From Escherichia phage vB_EcoM-BECP11, in the sequence record MW286157.1: a stretch of 64,000 bases of DNA, one strand, 5' to 3'. The position numbers and the translations under genes are program-made. Under the pieces are notes generated by a model. That model was not told where the DNA came from. It searched no databases and was given only the letters and a program-made list of their open reading frames with translations. Shown piece after piece: positions 62,547 through 64,000 of the stretch; the stretch's first letter is position 1, and the number at the start of each line of letters is the position of its first letter.

Positions 62547-64000
62547 TTAATGTTATCAAAAGTAGTGGTGTTTCTCAGAGCTTTGACCCGCAAAAAATTA
62601 TTAAAGTTTTATCCTGGGCAGCTGAAGGAACATCTGTAGATCCTTATGAATTATATGAAAATATTAAATCATATCTCCGTGATGGAATGACCACTGATGA
62701 CATTCAAACCATTGTAATTAAGGCTGCTGCGAATTCGATTTCAGTTGAAGAGCCTGATTATCAATACGTAGCCGCTCGCTGTTTAATGTTTGCTCTTCGT
62801 AAGCATGTTTACGGACAATATGAACCACGTTCATTTATTGACCATATTTCTTACTGTGTAAATGAAGGTAAATATGACCCTGAACTGCTGTCAAAATATT
62901 CAGCAGAAGAAATTACATTTTTAGAATCAAAAATTAAGCACGAGCGGGATATGGAATTTACTTATTCCGGGGCGATGCAATTAAAAGAAAAATATCTAGT
63001 TAAAGATAAAACCACTGGTCAAATTTATGAAACTCCTCAGTTTGCATTTATGACTATTGGAATGGCATTGCATCAAGATGAACCTGTTGATAGATTAAAA
63101 CATGTTATTCATTTTTATGAAGCAGTATCTACTCGACAGATTTCACTGCCAACCCCTATTATGGCTGGTTGCCGTACTCCAACTCGGCAGTTTAGTTCAT
63201 GCGTTGTTATTGAGGCAGGTGATTCATTAAAGTCTATCAATAAGGCTTCTGCTTCAATTGTTGAATATATCTCCAAACGCGCTGGAATTGGTATTAACGT
63301 TGGTATGATTCGTGCCGAAGGTTCTAAGATTGGAATGGGTGAAGTGCGTCATACTGGTGTTATTCCTTTTTGGAAACATTTTCAGACTGCAGTTAAATCA
63401 TGTTCACAGGGTGGAATTCGTGGCGGCGCTGCTACTGCTTATTATCCTATTTGGCATTTGGAAGTTGAAAATCTTCTCGTTTTGAAAAATAACAAAGGTG
63501 TAGAAGAAAACCGTATCCGTCATATGGATTATGGCGTCCAGCTGAATGATTTGATGATGGAACGATTCGGAAAGAATGATTACATTACTTTGTTCAGTCC
63601 GCATGAAATGGGTGGCGAACTTTATTATTCTTATTTTAAAGACCAAGACCGTTTCCGTGAATTATACGAAGCCGCAGAAAAAGACCCTAATATTCGTAAA
63701 AAGCGTATTAAAGCCCGTGAACTGTTTGAATTACTCATGACTGAACGCTCAGGAACAGCAAGGATTTATGTGCAGTTCATTGATAATACGAATAACTATA
63801 CGCCATTTATTCGTGAAAAGGCACCTATTCGTCAGAGTAACTTGTGTTGTGAAATTGCTATTCCAACAAATGATGTGAATAGTCCTGATGCTGAAATTGG
63901 ATTGTGCACGTTATCTGCATTTGTGTTAGATAACTTCGATTGGCAAGACCAAGATAAAATTAATGAATTGGCAGAAGTCCAAGTTCGTGCTCTTGATAAT
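62537..64000 (+). CDS. nrdA: ribonucleotide reductase large subunit, 3' end beyond window
   Basis: ATG 62537; frame open to window end; [21 protein letters not shown]... ATP-cone then RNR catalytic region; absent from ORF track because no stop in window. Confidence 0.8.
   Translation, partial: MQLINVIKSSGVSQSFDPQKIIKVLSWAAEGTSVDPYELYENIKSYLRDGMTTDDIQTIVIKAAANSISVEEPDYQYVAARCLMFALRKHVYGQYEPRSFIDHISYCVNEGKYDPELLSKYSAEEITFLESKIKHERDMEFTYSGAMQLKEKYLVKDKTTGQIYETPQFAFMTIGMALHQDEPVDRLKHVIHFYEAVSTRQISLPTPIMAGCRTPTRQFSSCVVIEAGDSLKSINKASASIVEYISKRAGIGINVGMIRAEGSKIGMGEVRHTGVIPFWKHFQTAVKSCSQGGIRGGAATAYYPIWHLEVENLLVLKNNKGVEENRIRHMDYGVQLNDLMMERFGKNDYITLFSPHEMGGELYYSYFKDQDRFRELYEAAEKDPNIRKKRIKARELFELLMTERSGTARIYVQFIDNTNNYTPFIREKAPIRQSNLCCEIAIPTNDVNSPDAEIGLCTLSAFVLDNFDWQDQDKINELAEVQVRALDN

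Overview
This 64 kb window is a contiguous segment of a T-even (T4-like, Tequatrovirus-type) myovirus genome. It runs from the 3' part of alpha-glucosyltransferase through the replication/recombination genes, the early accessory regions, the topoisomerase and rII genes, a minus-strand late block (holin t and tail-fibre genes 38-34), and on to the start of nrdA. Gene identities rest on recall of T4 protein sequences, lengths, motifs and gene order; no database search was run. Compared with T4 as I remember it, the window has a single fused gene 39, a longer glycine-rich gp38 adhesin, an intron-free td, a different glycosyltransferase in the beta-gt slot, and no dam between 61 and 56, which together suggest a T2/T6-like relative. 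Nothing can be confirmed as a new system from sequence alone; the best candidates for follow-up are the antisense membrane ORF in the dam slot, the duplicated C-terminal module in the 41-61 island, and the uncharacterised soc-modB block. No tRNA, CRISPR array, integrase or transposase was recognised.
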